A DNA stretch of 64,000 nucleotides, from NCBI GenBank assembly GCA_002633005.1, contig NMRA01000967.1, positions 22,400 through 86,399 on the forward strand. Direction: 5' to 3'. Position numbers and translations under genes: made by a program. Below the pieces are notes generated by a model, which ran no database searches, had not been told where the DNA came from, and saw only the letters and a program-made list of their open reading frames with translations. How positions within the stretch are numbered: position 1 is the stretch's first letter; each line of letters opens with the position of its first letter. Positions 28,245 to 41,259 of the stretch are shown here, piece after piece. This stretch comes from Phoronis australis. Lineage: Eukaryota; Animalia; Phoronida.

Positions 28245-29506
28245 GTACGTCTATATAAAACGGGTGCACAAGAACGCAGTCCTGCCTCCCCAAAACAATT
28301 ATTTTCATTAAATTCTAGGGAAATTTATAGCTCTTATGTCCAAAGCAATATGTTATTCCCCGTGTTATAAAATAAAACACTTGGAGGAGGTCTCAAAAAA
28401 TAACCACCAATGTCAGACAAATGTGCGAAGGTAAACAATTTGAAATAAGTTTTGCTCCAGGTAAAATCATTTCACCATTTATTAATAAAGCAAAAGAACT
28501 AATAAAATTGAGATCGAAATTGAAGACCCATCTTCATTCGAAATGATGAGATTTCTTTGTTACATGTAATTGGTCAGAGCTTTTCTTGGGTTTTGGTTAG
28601 ATTGTCCTTGTTTAATTGCCAGTACGTTGACTGATCTATATAGTTAAGCTGTGCATACAGATTTGTTAAATAACTATGAGCTGCACACGAGAAGTGAATT
28701 AAGAAGAGATATAGGTTATACTTGACTTATCAAATAATTCTCTAAATAAACGATGTACGATTGTGAATGTCAAGATTAGACAACATGAGAACTGAGACAA
28801 GTCTATCGTTAATTGTCATCCGCCATGTGTCCCCCAAAAAGAAATAATCTCTTGACACCAAAATATGATTCGGAAACAATAAATAAACTTGAGATACTAT
28901 AGCAGCCAACAAGTTAAGTCATAGCCTGGGTTGCCGCATTTCTAAGGACGATAAAAAACTGTCACGGGACATATGTCTAACATAATTTAAAGCGCATGCG
29001 TTTGTAGGATTTCCTAAGGAAGTCTCGAGACAGTGTTCTTGCTACGAAGTATCAGATTACTTCGTAACACAAACAAGGACTTTTGTCTTTTGTGTAACCA
29101 TCGATTTTCTAGCAAAATCACGTGTTTTGACAGTATATTTTCAGTTTAACCACGTAACAAAAATCAATAGTAACCTTCGTAAATTGGAGTTAATTGACTA
29201 CAAACAGGATGTAATTAATTTAATAGCAAATTGCGTGTTTCTCCGAAAAAGTGTTAGTCTGAAATATTTCGCCGCGTAATTTTTCTAATAAACGTCATTG
29301 CCCGCCTGTATCCAAAACGAATGCTTTAACCTACCTGACTCATTCGCTTTTATTTTGCTGCCAGTGTAAAATTAATTAGAAATTATGTAAAAATCAGTTA
29401 ATGAAAACACTTGTGGCAAATCAAGACCATGACATAGTGTCCCAACAGCACAAAATACGCCTTCTCATATTGTATACATTGACGATGTCTCAACAATGCA
29501 TGCGGT

Positions 29507-30016
29507 GGGCCTTTCATACTAACGTCGACGCGTCGATGGTTTGGGGGAGTTGTCAGTATGAACGCTTAACTCCGGTCCTGGGTCGTAGTTAACAGCACCA
29601 TTTAACATCGCAGTTAACAGGTGGATTTAACAGCGCAGCGTCGACGCTGCGGAGCGGTATGAACGGTTAACTTCGGTCCAATCGAAGTTATCGCCAGGTG
29701 CCACTGTTATCGTGAAAAGTTACAGGGTAGTGCCGTCACTAATAGCTGCCTATATTTTGCTCTAATAATAACCAATCGATTTAAAAATAAGTTTAATGTC
29801 AATTAGCACATGTAAATGTTCCCAAATTGTCACATCGAAAAAAAATCTTAGCATGCAGCGATACCTTGCGATATCTTCGATGACGACAGCATCACCTACC
29901 GTTTACTTCGATGTTCATTAACTACCGTTACCGAAGCCAGTGTGAACGGCCCAGTTAACTGCGCTGTTAACGTCGACGCTCCACTCAGACCGGAGATAAG
30001 TCAATATGAAAGGGCC
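29507..30016. mobile_element. MITE (PIF/Harbinger-like termini)
   Basis: gggcctttcatact versus aatatgaaagggcc; internal inverted ttaacagcgcag/ctgcgctgttaa and repeated gtcgacg motifs. Confidence 0.65.
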
Positions 30017-30196
30017 TTCGCACTCCCCGGTCATACACAGCAGCGACGTATCGTTTTTAGGACCATCACAAACGCCTGGCCTGCGTGTACTGTCGTCGGG
30101 TTTTCCCCCATGAATGTCCTAGACCCGCCAGCGGTTCTTAATGCAGAAAAGTTAAATTTACACATTCAGTAACTTTTGTTTTATGCTCTGTTTCAG

Positions 30197-30284
30197 AAGT
30201 TTTAATTGAAATCATACGGAGATGCCAGTACAAAAAAGCAATACCAAATGAGGTGATCATAAAACAGGGCGATATAGGTGACTG
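30197..30284 (+). CDS. CNBD protein exon 2
   Basis: tttcag|(E)VLIEIIRRCQYKKAIPNEVIIKQGDIGD(C)|gtaagt; IIKQGD motif of CNB domain; phase 1-2. Confidence 0.9.
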
Positions 30285-30460
30285 GTAAGTGTATCACGAC
30301 GCTCAGGGTATTATCTTATTGATATCCGGTCAGAGTTATCTCCACTCGCACATTCAGACGAAAAAACATGGTGGGCATTTTCTTATGGTGGCCATTTAAG
30401 CTTTCCGTAATTGTGGTTCATTTCTGCTTCACTGAAATCACGAAATATCGCCGCTTTCCC

Positions 30461-30738
30461 CCTGGGGTGACTCATATTGACAAGGTGCCCACAGGCGTGT
30501 ACCATGAATTACTGAGAGACCCCCTATTGCGGGTGCCAGGTCTTCTAATTTCCACTCTCTTTTGGGGAGTAGATTTTTCTGCCTTACCCCTTGCAGTAGG
30601 CCTAGGCGTTTTGCGGGGACGAATGGAATTAGGGGCCTATTGGACTCCGGCCCGTAAAACTTGCTGAAAAATTACCGCCTACCCGCAGTTTTTGGTACAC
30701 GCCTACTGGCACCTTGTCAATATGAGTGACTCCTCCGG
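30461..30738. mobile_element. MITE with ~40-bp TIRs
   Basis: actcatattgacaaggtgcc..aggcgtgtacca versus tggtacacgcct..ggcaccttgtcaatatgagt. Confidence 0.85.
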
Positions 30739-31980
30739 ACAATTTCCTCGGCAATGAGTTGGTGAGCCGACCCCTGCTTGCGAGCAGGTTTCTTCTGTGA
30801 CTGTCATGATCACAAGGGGGCGTACTATTTACATGTATTCATTCTCTTTTATAGTTACATGTACCGTAAATTTCCACTGAGATCCAAACAATTCCTAAAA
30901 TCAAAATGTTTTTGGAATTTGCATATGTTGAACGAGGATGTTGATAAGAACTTCTTGCCCGGGTTACCAACCACATCAAGATGCTATCAAGTTATAAGCC
31001 CGCCTCTCGTATCCATCCACGAGTTTTTTAATTAAGCCATCTATCCCTAAAAAAACTGTCTCCTTGTTCCTTCAATTATGTCTGGGTTTGAGATGAACTT
31101 AACACTTGCTTCAGTGTTGGATACCGTCCACCATCGGCACATAATATGGCTCCTCGTGACAAACCAACTTCTTTTGAGCCTCGTGGTCCCAAGCAAGGAC
31201 TGACGTTCTACTCAAACCTAGGTATAAATTCCAATCTAATAAAGGAACCAGTTGATACCAGGAGAGTGTTTCGTCGATCTAGTTTCTTGCGAAAAGCGAA
31301 AAAAATCGCAAGATCTCGCAAAATCACGCGAGTGAAGGGAGAGTGTTTTGAGAGTATGTTCGCAGGCGCCTACCAGTGTATCCTAGCAAAATGGCGGCCA
31401 CTTAAGTGATTGGTCGACGAGGTTGGAGTGTTGAATTGTCAGTGGGATTGAATTCAGTATCACAGCTTCGTTCCATAAGAGAAGATTTTTCGCTGCTAGT
31501 GCAATCGGTATACAAAACTCGACCCAGGTTTACTAAAAAGTCGGCTGTCGTATAAATCAAAAGTTTTAAAAGAACCTTTCCTTTTGGCAACTTCAGTTAA
31601 TAGTATTCTTGTAACTTTTAGGAACATAATATTAACTGGGCTTGAATGACTTCGCCGGTTCCGCCAGGCTGATTTTTCTGTAAGCAGGAAGTCATCAATG
31701 ACATCCAATCAGATGTGTTAGCCGGTTGACCAGCGAAGTCAATCAAGTCGCCACAGTCATCAGTAATATTTAAGTCTGAGCTTATTATGCGTTATTTCTT
31801 CTTTTGAAGCCTCTGGTATCATGCAAATTTGTCTGTCCCAAATTCTCCCATGAGCACGGTAAATTATGTTCATACAAAACCTGTGAGGAGTCTCCATATT
31901 TTACGCTCAGACATGCCTTGTGTAATGAGCTGGTTCACCGTGTCTAGGGAATACAGACATCACCTTCTTGCCTTTCACAG

Positions 31981-32186
31981 CTTTTACATTATGCTTACTG
32001 GAAAAACCTCTGTGTACATCGACACTGCAAAGTCTGACGATGACCCACCACACTCAAACGACGTGTCCACCGATTCCGCGAGAGAAAAGGCAGTGAACGT
32101 TATCTCGGCTTTGTCGGGCTTCTCAACATCAAAGCTGAAGACGGTGAAAGATCGAACGACATTGGGAAAATTTATCATTTGCTTCG
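31981..32186 (+). CDS. CNBD protein exon 3
   Basis: ctttcacag|FYIMLTGKTSVYID...LGKFIICF G|gtaaat; FYI..G...V strand of CNB domain; phase 2-1. Confidence 0.9.
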
Positions 32187-34054
32187 GTAAATATGCACGA
32201 TCAACAATCCATACACATTTGGAAAAATTGACTTTAGTAAGCAGTTTTACCCCTCATCGTGTTTCAAATAGTTTTTCGTGAGCCACGGTAATGATTTATA
32301 AAAACTCTTGTGCTACGACTGTTGGAAAGTAAAGTCAGTTCATGGTTTTTAATCCTATCCTGACTTAAGAAGCAATTCAGTGTGTATTTGCGTTCAAACG
32401 TTTGCTTGGACAAGACTAAATATTAGTTCGCGACAGGGTGTACACCGTGAAGCTTCATTGTCTCGTTTTGTGTACACAGAGATGTTTAACCGAGTTACCT
32501 CAAGACAACTACATGTAGCTCTCTCTAGTGGCTGCAGTAATGATCAATGTCACGTACTGAGGCACGATTAGGAACACGACACACCATTCATAAATCGAGG
32601 CAACCCAGAAAAAGAATCTCATATTACATGTTATGAAGTTACGAAGTCTGGAGGTTTTGCGTTGGAAATCTTTAAAAGAGTTGATACTGAAACTGGACGA
32701 TGGTCGTTTTAGTGTTTTTTTTTGCTGTACGTAGCCTAAATCAGTAAAAAATGCTACAGTACGCAAATTTATTATAGCGGCTAAAATTCTATCCATTAGT
32801 TACAGCGAAAAAGCTTATGGACGTAATTTATATGAAAAACGACAACGTCAATATTAATTGAAGCAAAACCTAGAGTAATAGCAAAGTAATTGAAGATAAC
32901 TATGACTGAGTATGAAAACGTAACTGGGGTAAGCGCAATGTCGACGACAATGACTAGTCCACTGATGGTGAAAAACTATTCAACCGTAAACATGTAAGAA
33001 GTCTGCGCCTTCTATAAAAAATTTTTTGATACAGGGCACTTATCATTACAAAATTGGTTTCGGGTTATTCTTTACTTAAGAAAGTGATTTCAAGGCTTTT
33101 GAGAGGAACAAACAGTTCACTATAGCATCAAAGCGGAAGTCATTTGTGGCGCATGTCAAGTTCTGGGGTTTAGTTTTGCTGTTGAAGCCGAACACGGCTG
33201 AAACGAGTTTTTTTGTAAGCAATTTTAATTCAAACAAAGAATAAGAATGCTAAGTTACTTTTGGGGTGGTTTTGGGTGCAACAGCGTACATGGTTCATAA
33301 CGGTTTTATATAATGTCATTTGCGTAATGGAAGACTAATATTGCGAGGACATGACTTCGCGCAATGATTGATAGAATATTTGTCTTTAGCGTCCGCGATG
33401 GGCGATTTCTGGGGGTGTGGGCGAATCCAGTCTCCGGAAAAATATCTTGCTCAGTCGGATCTCCCTGTGACTATTGTAAGGATAAAAAAGAAGATGGAAG
33501 TGGTTTGTTGTTTGACTTCCCATTAAAGCGTACCTATATAAAACACGAAATATAGGACTGTTAATTACTTTCTCTTTCCTCTGTCAATAAACACCTTTAC
33601 ACATCCACGAATAGAAATTAGTTGCATAGTTGGTTATCTAGTAAAATGCACAACAGTGCACAATTAGATATTGACGAGCCCAGGGGACTCGTTTATCATT
33701 CGATTTATCAATATAACTTTCCGTTAGTGTAAAAAAAATAGATCACCCGAGAGTCCATTTTATTAACGATAAAGTCACTGATCCGATCGTGATTCATTTG
33801 AGAAGCTATTTATACGGCAGAGTTTTTTTAATATTAGCCACAAGACATTAATGGCGACCTGTTCCACCGGAGTCACGGGGGTCGGTGTCACACCAGGTAA
33901 TCGCTTGTGATGGAAGACATTATTACGTTATATCTACTTCAATATTAACAGTTCGTTGTAATTTCTACAGCGAATTTGCGCTTCTGGGACTCACGCGTCT
34001 TGCCGCTAATACACATGTGTATTCTGTAGACTCATTCCAATCTCTTCATTTCAG

Positions 34055-34182
34055 ACGCTGGAAAATCTTTCGGTGAGATAGCGCTGATATCCGAGGACTC
34101 CGTCAGAAACGCGTCCATCGTGGCGGATGAGGACACCGATTTACTGGTCGTTCACAGAGACTTATTTAACAGCACGTTAAAA
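34055..34182 (+). CDS. CNBD protein exon 4 (phosphate-binding cassette)
   Basis: tttcag|(D)AGKSFGEIALISEDSVRNASIVADEDTDLLVVHRDLFNSTLK|gtacga; FGExAL....R.AS motif; phase 1-0. Confidence 0.92.
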
Positions 34183-34506
34183 GTACGAGTTCTTCGTTGC
34201 TAGGGGTTTAACTGTAAACACGTGTCATATTGCGACCGATCTACTTTTGTTTCACGGAAACGTAACTGGTATCTATCTCGATATGTCGCAATCATGCTTC
34301 AGAACGTAACTGATTCTTTTATTTAAACGTCGGTCTGTCAAGAATCAGATTTTAGGCTTACTATGCCTCTTTTGATGATCATAAAATTGGTCTCAAATTG
34401 TTTCCTGGCCCTGTTTAGTAGTGATTTCCGGCTTGCGAGGAATCGTCACTTCGTTACTACTTGACACAAGGCAAGTTTTCTAACAGGCTGGTTATGTTAT
34501 TATGCG

Positions 34507-34655
34507 CAGTGATGTAGTGGTAAAATTAGAGGTAAGTGGGCGCCCATCGTATCACCTTGAGCACTGAACGTAATTTACGGTGCGTAGGCCCTACGTTCAA
34601 TTGCCAAAAGGTGATTGGCTGCGCCTACGTGCGCCTACACCCCACTACCACACTG
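34507..34655 (+). mobile_element. hAT-type MITE (copy 2)
   Basis: TIR cagtgatgtagtgg...ccactaccacactg; 8-bp TSD attatgcg/attatgca. Confidence 0.85.
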
Positions 34656-35236
34656 ATTATGCACCGAGCAAGGACTCAAGCAATGACTGACAATCCTTGC
34701 CACGCTCACAAATCTGAGTAAAAAGCGAGCTGAAACTGGTTTTAAAATCGTGAGCGCTCTAAATCAACAGTGTGTCTTTATTGGCAAAAAGGTGGCTTAT
34801 GACACATTTAAATTAGTAATTTAAACTTCACTTCAATGCACTGACTTTACGGTGTTTGGAAATGTCATACAGTGTGAGCTCAGGGACCGCAGAATAACTG
34901 AAATAACGCTACACGTTGCTTTTCTTTTATCATGTTCAAAGTTCACGTGTAACCTAAAGTTATTGTTTACAAATGATTGTCGTCGTGCATTAAAATTCTA
35001 GAAAACGAAAAAGAAATAGTGCTCGTTTGCCCAAGTTCCGGTTTAGCTTCTGAGAAGTCGAACTCAAAATTATCTTTAACATTTTNTTGTAATGGAAGAC
35101 ATTATTACGTTATATCTACTTCAATATTAACAGTTCGTTGTAATTTCTACAGCGAATTTGCGCTTCTGGGACTCATGCGTCTTGCCGCCAATACACATGT
35201 GTATTCTGTAGACTCATTCCAATCTCTTCATTTCAG

Positions 35237-35364
35237 ACGCTGGAAAATCTTTTGGTGAGATAGCGCTGATATCCGAGGACTCCGTCAGAAACGCGTCCAT
35301 TGTGGCGGATGAGGATACCGATTTACTGGTCGTTCACAGAGACTTATTTAACAGCACGTTAAAA
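35237..35364 (+). CDS. Second copy of CNBD exon 4 (probable alternative haplotype, assembly duplicate)
   Basis: Same peptide, only synonymous differences (TTC/TTT, ATC/ATT, GAC/GAT); lies in a block duplicated across the single N at 35086. Confidence 0.75.
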
Positions 35365-35927
35365 GTACGAGTTCTTCGTTGCTAGGGGTTTAACTGTAAA
35401 CACGTGTCATATTGTGACCGATCTACTTTTGTAACTGACAATCCTTGCCACGCTCACAAATCTGAGTAAAAAGCGAACTGAAACTGGTTTTAAAATCGTG
35501 AGCGCTCTAAATCAACAGTGTGTCTTTATTGGCAAAAAGGTGGCTTATGACACATTTAAATTAGTAATTTAAACTTCACTTCAATGCACTGACTTTACGG
35601 TGTTTGGAAATGTCATACAGTGTGAGCTCAGGGACCGCAGAATAACTGAAATAACGCTACACGTTGCTTTTCTTTTATCATGTTCAAAGTTCACGTGTAA
35701 CCTAAAGTTATTGTTTACAAATGATTGTCGTCGTGCATTAAAATTCTAGAAAACGAAAGAGAAATAGTGCTCGTTTGCCCAAGTTCCGGTTTAGCTTCTG
35801 AGAAATCGAACTCAAAATTATCTTTAACATTTTGCGTTCTACTTTAGTAAGAGCTCAAGATAGATCTCTGTTATTGTGTGCTGAAATATAACGTGGCCTA
35901 CGCGGATGACCGCGTACTCATATTTTG

Positions 35928-36047
35928 CATTTGATGACCCCAACATCCAAACTACAAGTTCGAGTCTGAACTGGAAGTCTCGAGTTTTTACTCGAAATCT
36001 CGAGCTTTTACTAGAGTTCGAAGCTTGACTTTAGGGGTCATCAAGTG
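35928..36047. mobile_element. Small CTCGAG-rich MITE
   Basis: catttgatgaccc versus ggggtcatcaagtg; related sequence at ~23183-23250 and ~24450-24520. Confidence 0.6.
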
Positions 36048-36279
36048 TAAGTTTCAACTGCACACTCGTTTGCGTAATCTGTGAAATATTCCTACACAGA
36101 ATAATAGATAATTACTATGAGTTTGTATTGAAGAATGGAAAATACAAAAATATTTTCAATTTCAAGTAACAAGACCCGTTCTGCTGCTCATCTCTGGAAA
36201 CTGTTACAGCTTGTTAGGCACTTTATATTCGAGACATAGGTCGAACAAAAATGATTTTATACATATATGTCGACTACAG

Positions 36280-36461
36280 GCCAAGCAAGAACAGGAATAT
36301 CAAGAACGCAAAGACTTCGTTGACAGCAATCCTCTGTTTCGCCACTGGAACGCCAAATTCAAACGCCTGTTAGAGATGAGTTTAAGAAAGGAGGTCCTTC
36401 CATTCGATACAAGAATTGTGACCCAGGGTCAGCCAATTGTCGGACTGCATTTCATTATCAA
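36280..36461 (+). CDS. CNBD protein exon 5 (start of second CNB domain)
   Basis: ctacag|AKQEQEYQERKDFVDSNPLFRHWNAKFKRLLEMSLRKEVLPFDTRIVTQGQPIVGLHFII AA|gtaaga; phase 0-2. Confidence 0.9.
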
Positions 36462-36709
36462 GTAAGACTGAAGATGAAACAATTAAAAAGCCGAGTCAAA
36501 CTGTTGAGAGAAAAACTACTTCTTTTTGGTTAGCGAGAATGCTTTAAAAAAGGAGAGAAAGTTTTTAAAGAGTCAAAATAATGCGTAAGTAGATTTGTTA
36601 GTCAAGGTTAATTGTACGGTTTAAAACACGAGATTAACTAATAACTACAAAAACGTGAAAGAAAAATGCCCTTTTTTTGTAATTGCATGTTATAATTACT
36701 TTGTTTTAG

Positions 36710-36802
36710 GGGCCAAGCGAAAGTGACGGTGGTACCTAGCAATCACAGACGTCAGTTTCCACGTTTATTTGATGACGTCAACATCTACGACATTCAAAAA
36801 AG
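36710..36802 (+). CDS. CNBD protein exon 6
   Basis: ttttag|(K)GQAKVTVVPSNHRRQFPRLFDDVNIYDIQK AG|gtaatt; phase 2-2. Confidence 0.85.
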
Positions 36803-37313
36803 GTAATTTCTACAGTCTTCTTAAACCATTTTCGAAAAATATCGTTAATGTTGTTCTCGTGAAAACTTTTTGAGGAATGAAAGTGTCACAGAACCTCATC
36901 GAGAAATATTTCTACTGTTGCTGTAGCGTGTAACGTAAAGTTAATTTGTCGCATACGTCCCCGAAGGTTAGTTACACAAAAGGATCAGGGCCCGTGACTA
37001 CCAAACCTTAATTGATACTCACATCGCGTGAAATTAGAAAAACGGCTCGGAGTGTGGCACGCGATTCGTTTATTCTCGAGTCGAGTATCGAGAAGAGTTT
37101 GACAGTCACGGACCAGATCCTAGGCCCGTTGTCTAAACTCTGTTCTCGACTCGAAATTTGGCCAGTGAAACAGTACATTCAGTCGAGTAAACTTTCGAAT
37201 TTGTACTCGAAAACTGCCGCATGATTTGTTAACAAGTTTCAAATCTGAGGCTCTGACTTGAGTGTGAGTTGTTGAAAATTAGTCCCTGGACCCTGGTCGT
37301 CTACTGAACTTTT

Positions 37314-37559
37314 TCATAACTAAAGCAACATCATCGGCGAGGAAATGGGTTTCCTGAAATCAGCCCCAGCGCGGATTCTATCCGACGGGATCCTAGTTCG
37401 CGTTCTCAGCCAAACGCTCTGCTGACGAGCTAAATAACGTTCGACAGATTACCCGGTAATTTGAGCCGAGCAAACGCCTCCGGTAGACATCGGAGACAAT
37501 TGGCGATTTGAAATAAAATCCCAAAAACACAACTTATTTTTGTTGTTTTATAGTTATGA
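37314..37559 (-). mobile_element. Inverted-repeat-bounded element with tRNA-like core (copy 2)
   Basis: tcataacta...tagttatga ends; shares gcgcggatt, aacgct.tgctgac.agctaaat and ggtagacatcgg blocks with 7047-7358. Confidence 0.55.
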
Positions 37560-37863
37560 TCAAAGCTAATAACTTCGAAAAGTCTGCCCCAACCAACAAC
37601 AATCCACAAAGTGTTGGCTTTAAAACGACAATGTACCTTAACAGCGTTTGTCGTGGATGCATAAAATACTCATTTTTTTCGACGGAACTGTCATCAATAT
37701 ACTCAGAAATCACATATTTTTGTCATTCAAACCATGACTGTCATGAAAGTCAATGTAAAAGAACAACGTCAAGTCTGCATTAAGGCAGTGTCCAGGTATT
37801 CGCTCAATAGCATGCAGAGAGGAAGCTCTCTCTTCTGTTACATTCACTCGCACGTCATTCCAG

Positions 37864-38024
37864 GTCAGGGAAACAAGAAACGACGAAAGGCCGTACACCA
37901 ACAGAACACGTGTGTACGCAGAATCAAATTCGAATCCGGAGGAACGAAGGATACGCAGCCGCTGAAAGAAGGTTAGCACACAAACAAGTGAACTTGTGTT
38001 CTGTGGAGGAAAACGAAGTAATAG
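37864..38024 (+). CDS. CNBD protein exon 7
   Basis: attccag|(R)SGKQETT...RRNEGYAAAERRLAHKQVNLCSVEENEVI G|gtaaaa; phase 2-1 links exons 6 and 8. Confidence 0.8.
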
Positions 38025-38275
38025 GTAAAAAATTATCTTCGTAGTCTTTGTAGTCGTCACAGTCACCACGTCATCATCACCATCAAGTTCCCCGCCTTCG
38101 CCGCCATCAACAGAAAACAATGGAAGACGTGCTTTTAATCGCATCATCCCCATCATCGCGACATTATCACTGTCATTGTCAAATAGGGAATCGTCAATCG
38201 TCACTTATCGTCGTTGTCACCATCCCCACCATCACCACCATCATCATCACTGCATGACTGCCAATGTCTTATAAC

Positions 38276-38794
38276 CAGCGTTCGAAATACACCCTGGCCC
38301 GGTGGCCCGGGGCCAGTAACTTTTGGCCCGGCGGGCCAGTAAACTTTCACATATAGGCCCCATGTGGATACAGTCTCATATTCGATTAATTCAAAAAGGG
38401 CTAATTTTGTTTGCCTCTCATCTCTTGAACGCCAACGAGTTTGAAGCCTGTGGGCAATGAATCCGCCAACGCCCCATTCACTTTGTTTACTCATATTGTA
38501 GAACTCTATGTATTGATGCAACGTGTTAAGCAAAAATATACTAGTTGAATTCGTATCCACAGCTTACGTGGTGTTCATGTGTACATCTCAGTTACCTACA
38601 ACTCCTCACCTAGTGTTAATAGCATTAACAAATAGGGTTCTTAAGCACATGGGCATTTAGTGTAAAGGAAAAGATTGAGGAAAACGTAGATAGGATGGTA
38701 AAAGCATGGCCAGCAACTTGACAGCCGGGTCAGTAAATTTCAGACCAACTGGCCTGGCGGGCCAGCACATTTATTTGCTGAAGTTCGAACACTG
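38276..38794. mobile_element. hAT-type MITE inserted in a degenerate (CAT)n tract
   Basis: TIR cagcgttcgaa...ttcgaacactg, subterminal ggcccg repeats, 8-bp TSD cttataac/gttataac; catcatcac tracts on both sides (~38050-38870). Confidence 0.85.
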
Positions 38795-39229
38795 GTTATA
38801 ACCTTCATCATCATTGTCACCACATCATCACAATCATCATCATCATCATCTCTATCCACATCGTCACCATCGAATTTTTTAAGAATGTTCAATGACGTTT
38901 TACTTGTAAACTTTCAATTTTGGTTGTGATGAAGTAATTTATTTGGCAAAAGCATGTGTTTTCGTGGAATCCACACAATTTCGTTAATTGTTTCATTAAA
39001 ATAACATAACAAATTTACAGTCTTAACCAATTCTTTGTGAATCAAAAATGTCACATCTAAATTTGTAGAGAAAAACAGAAAAACACAATAAAATATTATT
39101 TAAAAGGCATTGCATCGGTGCATGTATGTAACGGCCTTTAGTACGTTTCACCGAGTTTTTGGTGTGTTTGTTACCTCTTTCAAATCTGGTTACTGCAGTT
39201 TTTCATTTTTTTTTCGAACGTTTTTCAAG

Positions 39230-40152
39230 GTGACGTTGAAATGGTATTCGACATGGCAACGTATCTACAAACTGTTACGTGTACGTCAAACACCGTGGTG
39301 ATGATTCTTGACGTCAAGAACTATGAGCGGCTGATTACGAAGAAAAATCCGCAGACGATCGACCAAATGAGAAACACAATTGAAGCTAAACTTAGGGGCA
39401 AACTGCGATCGTCAAATGGTGCACAAATATCGCTGTTTAAAAACGTCATAGAGAAAATAGAAAGTCTGAAGCCAAGCAAACGCCAACAAGCTGTAGTGGA
39501 AGAGGAAATGTTAGAAAAGGATGACATGTACACACAGCTCATTGATTTGTATTTAGAAGACAAAGTTTCCACACTGGTGGACCCGGTCGTACCGAATGCT
39601 GTCTTTTATCGGTATAAAACAGTGCAGAAGCGCAAAGCAAAGGAGGCGTGGGAGAAGCGAATGAGTTCTGTTGGGTCAGCTGGTCAAGTTAAATGGACAG
39701 ATGCCAGAAGGAGGGAAAACTCCAGACGAAGCACCCGTCGGCCGCGCAGTCGCCGCGAGCTTCAAAGTATAACTATAGGACCACCGCCGGGGCAATTTCG
39801 AAATAGACCCGGCACTGCTCCTCCCAGAGTGAGAAATCGCGACATTGACTCGAACGATGCAAACGTTGGAGATAAGACTTTTATAACTGAACTTCCTGAA
39901 GGAATCATACATGGCAATGGAGGGAATCATTCGCAAAATGTAGAAGAGAAATCAAGTGGTTTGAAGTTCATTCAAAATGGCCGCCACGTAACAACACCAG
40001 CAGAGGAAGACGACGTCTACTTTGACATGGAAACAAGTCACTCAGTACTCGCTGATTTGGAACAGAGATTGCATTTATTTCACGCGAGAATGTGTGAGAA
40101 TGAAAGGCGGCAAACAACAAGAGTGACTGAACTGAAACGCTTTCAAGTTCAG
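39230..40152 (+). CDS. CNBD protein exon 8 (end of second CNB domain and long C-terminal region)
   Basis: tttttcaag|(G)DVEMVFDMATYLQTVTC...ELKRFQVQ|gtaagt; matches the 336-aa ORF; phase 1-0. Confidence 0.9.
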
Positions 40153-40902
40153 GTAAGTATTGGGCAGTGGTGTAGTCTTAGACTGAACTTCATTGTAAAA
40201 TCAAATTATACGAGTTTTCCAGTTTTAGAAACTATATTATCCTTTTACTGAGTTAATATCTATAGGTTTGACTTAGTCCATAACCTAAACATTTTCCTTT
40301 CGTATACCGTGGTTGGGTCTCCTTGCGTCTAGTTGGTCCACTGTTGATAATTCTAAATGGTAACTTACCAACCGATAGTTATCCGAGAGATAGTGATAAC
40401 TTTTGAGGGAAAATATATTGAAAACCAGAGAGCTCAACAAGTACAGATTAACCTATTAGCAAACTTTGTCCTTTTGATCTTTCAAATCGTTTAAATTAAA
40501 TTCAACCCTATATCACCAGTGCAGTTTTTGACCACATATTAAAAATCGTCCATGCCTAAGCTAAGACAAAAGTAACGGATGGTGTCCCTCTAGATTGCAC
40601 ATGCCTTCTCACTGCATGTCATATAGGAAAACTAGTTCGGGCGAACAGAAAGTTCTAGACATTCCGTGAAAAACTTGCGACAAAGGGCGATAAAGGCACT
40701 GCACATGTGAAGTTCATCATATATTCCTGTACGCTTACGTCACTTTTTGACTGAATATGTGTTGTCTGATTCTTAATCATGATTGCCGTTTTTTAGACAA
40801 GTCTCATAAACAAATTTCATATTTAGAATACGAAGCTTATCTAGTACTTTCGATCTTTCGGCATATAGTCTTGAGTACATTGAATGACATTTATTCTTTC
40901 AG

Positions 40903-41259
40903 AATGCCTTGTCTGTACCAGTCCCGGGAGGCACTGTATACGTGAAGAGGAAACCGTGCAAGTTTGCTTCCAAACAGCCGAAGACGTACGGTGATGACCC
41001 GCATTCCACACACGAACACGTGCGCAGATTCATGCTTCCAAAGAACTCTTTTGTAAATGGAACGATGATAAATGTTGATCAGCAAAAACTAGTGGCCAAC
41101 GGCTTGGTTCCAGAAGTTAACAACAATAGTGATTCTAGTGAGATGAGCTGGGTCGAGGATGACCAGCCCTTGTCAAGATCTGAATCTCCCAAGACGGAAA
41201 AGCCCAACCGTAGACCACGCCCCGTCACAGCGTGCGCGCGGTTGGTGTCGGCGAATTGA
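40903..41259 (+). CDS. CNBD protein exon 9 (terminal)
   Basis: tctttcag|NALSVPVPGGTVYVKRKPCK...RLVSAN*; phase 0; the spliced CDS totals 2331 nt = 776 aa plus stop. Confidence 0.85.
   Translation, partial: NALSVPVPGGTVYVKRKPCKFASKQPKTYGDDPHSTHEHVRRFMLPKNSFVNGTMINVDQQKLVANGLVPEVNNNSDSSEMSWVEDDQPLSRSESPKTEKPNRRPRPVTACARLVSAN

Larger units (their letters stand above)
33905..35833. repeat. Block duplicated across the single N at 35086 (includes CNBD exon 4)
   Basis: 33905-35085 matches 35087-35833 except SNPs and a ~430-bp segment (34251-34684) found only in the first copy. Confidence 0.9.

Noticed and set aside
37972-37977. Alternative donor gttagc for CNBD exon 7
   Set aside because: Phase 2 is incompatible with exon 8; the frame stays open to the phase-1 donor at 38025
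37710-38560. 164-aa and 119-aa minus-strand Asp/Gly-rich ORFs
   Set aside because: Produced by the (CAT)n tract, a MITE and the antisense of CNBD exon 7
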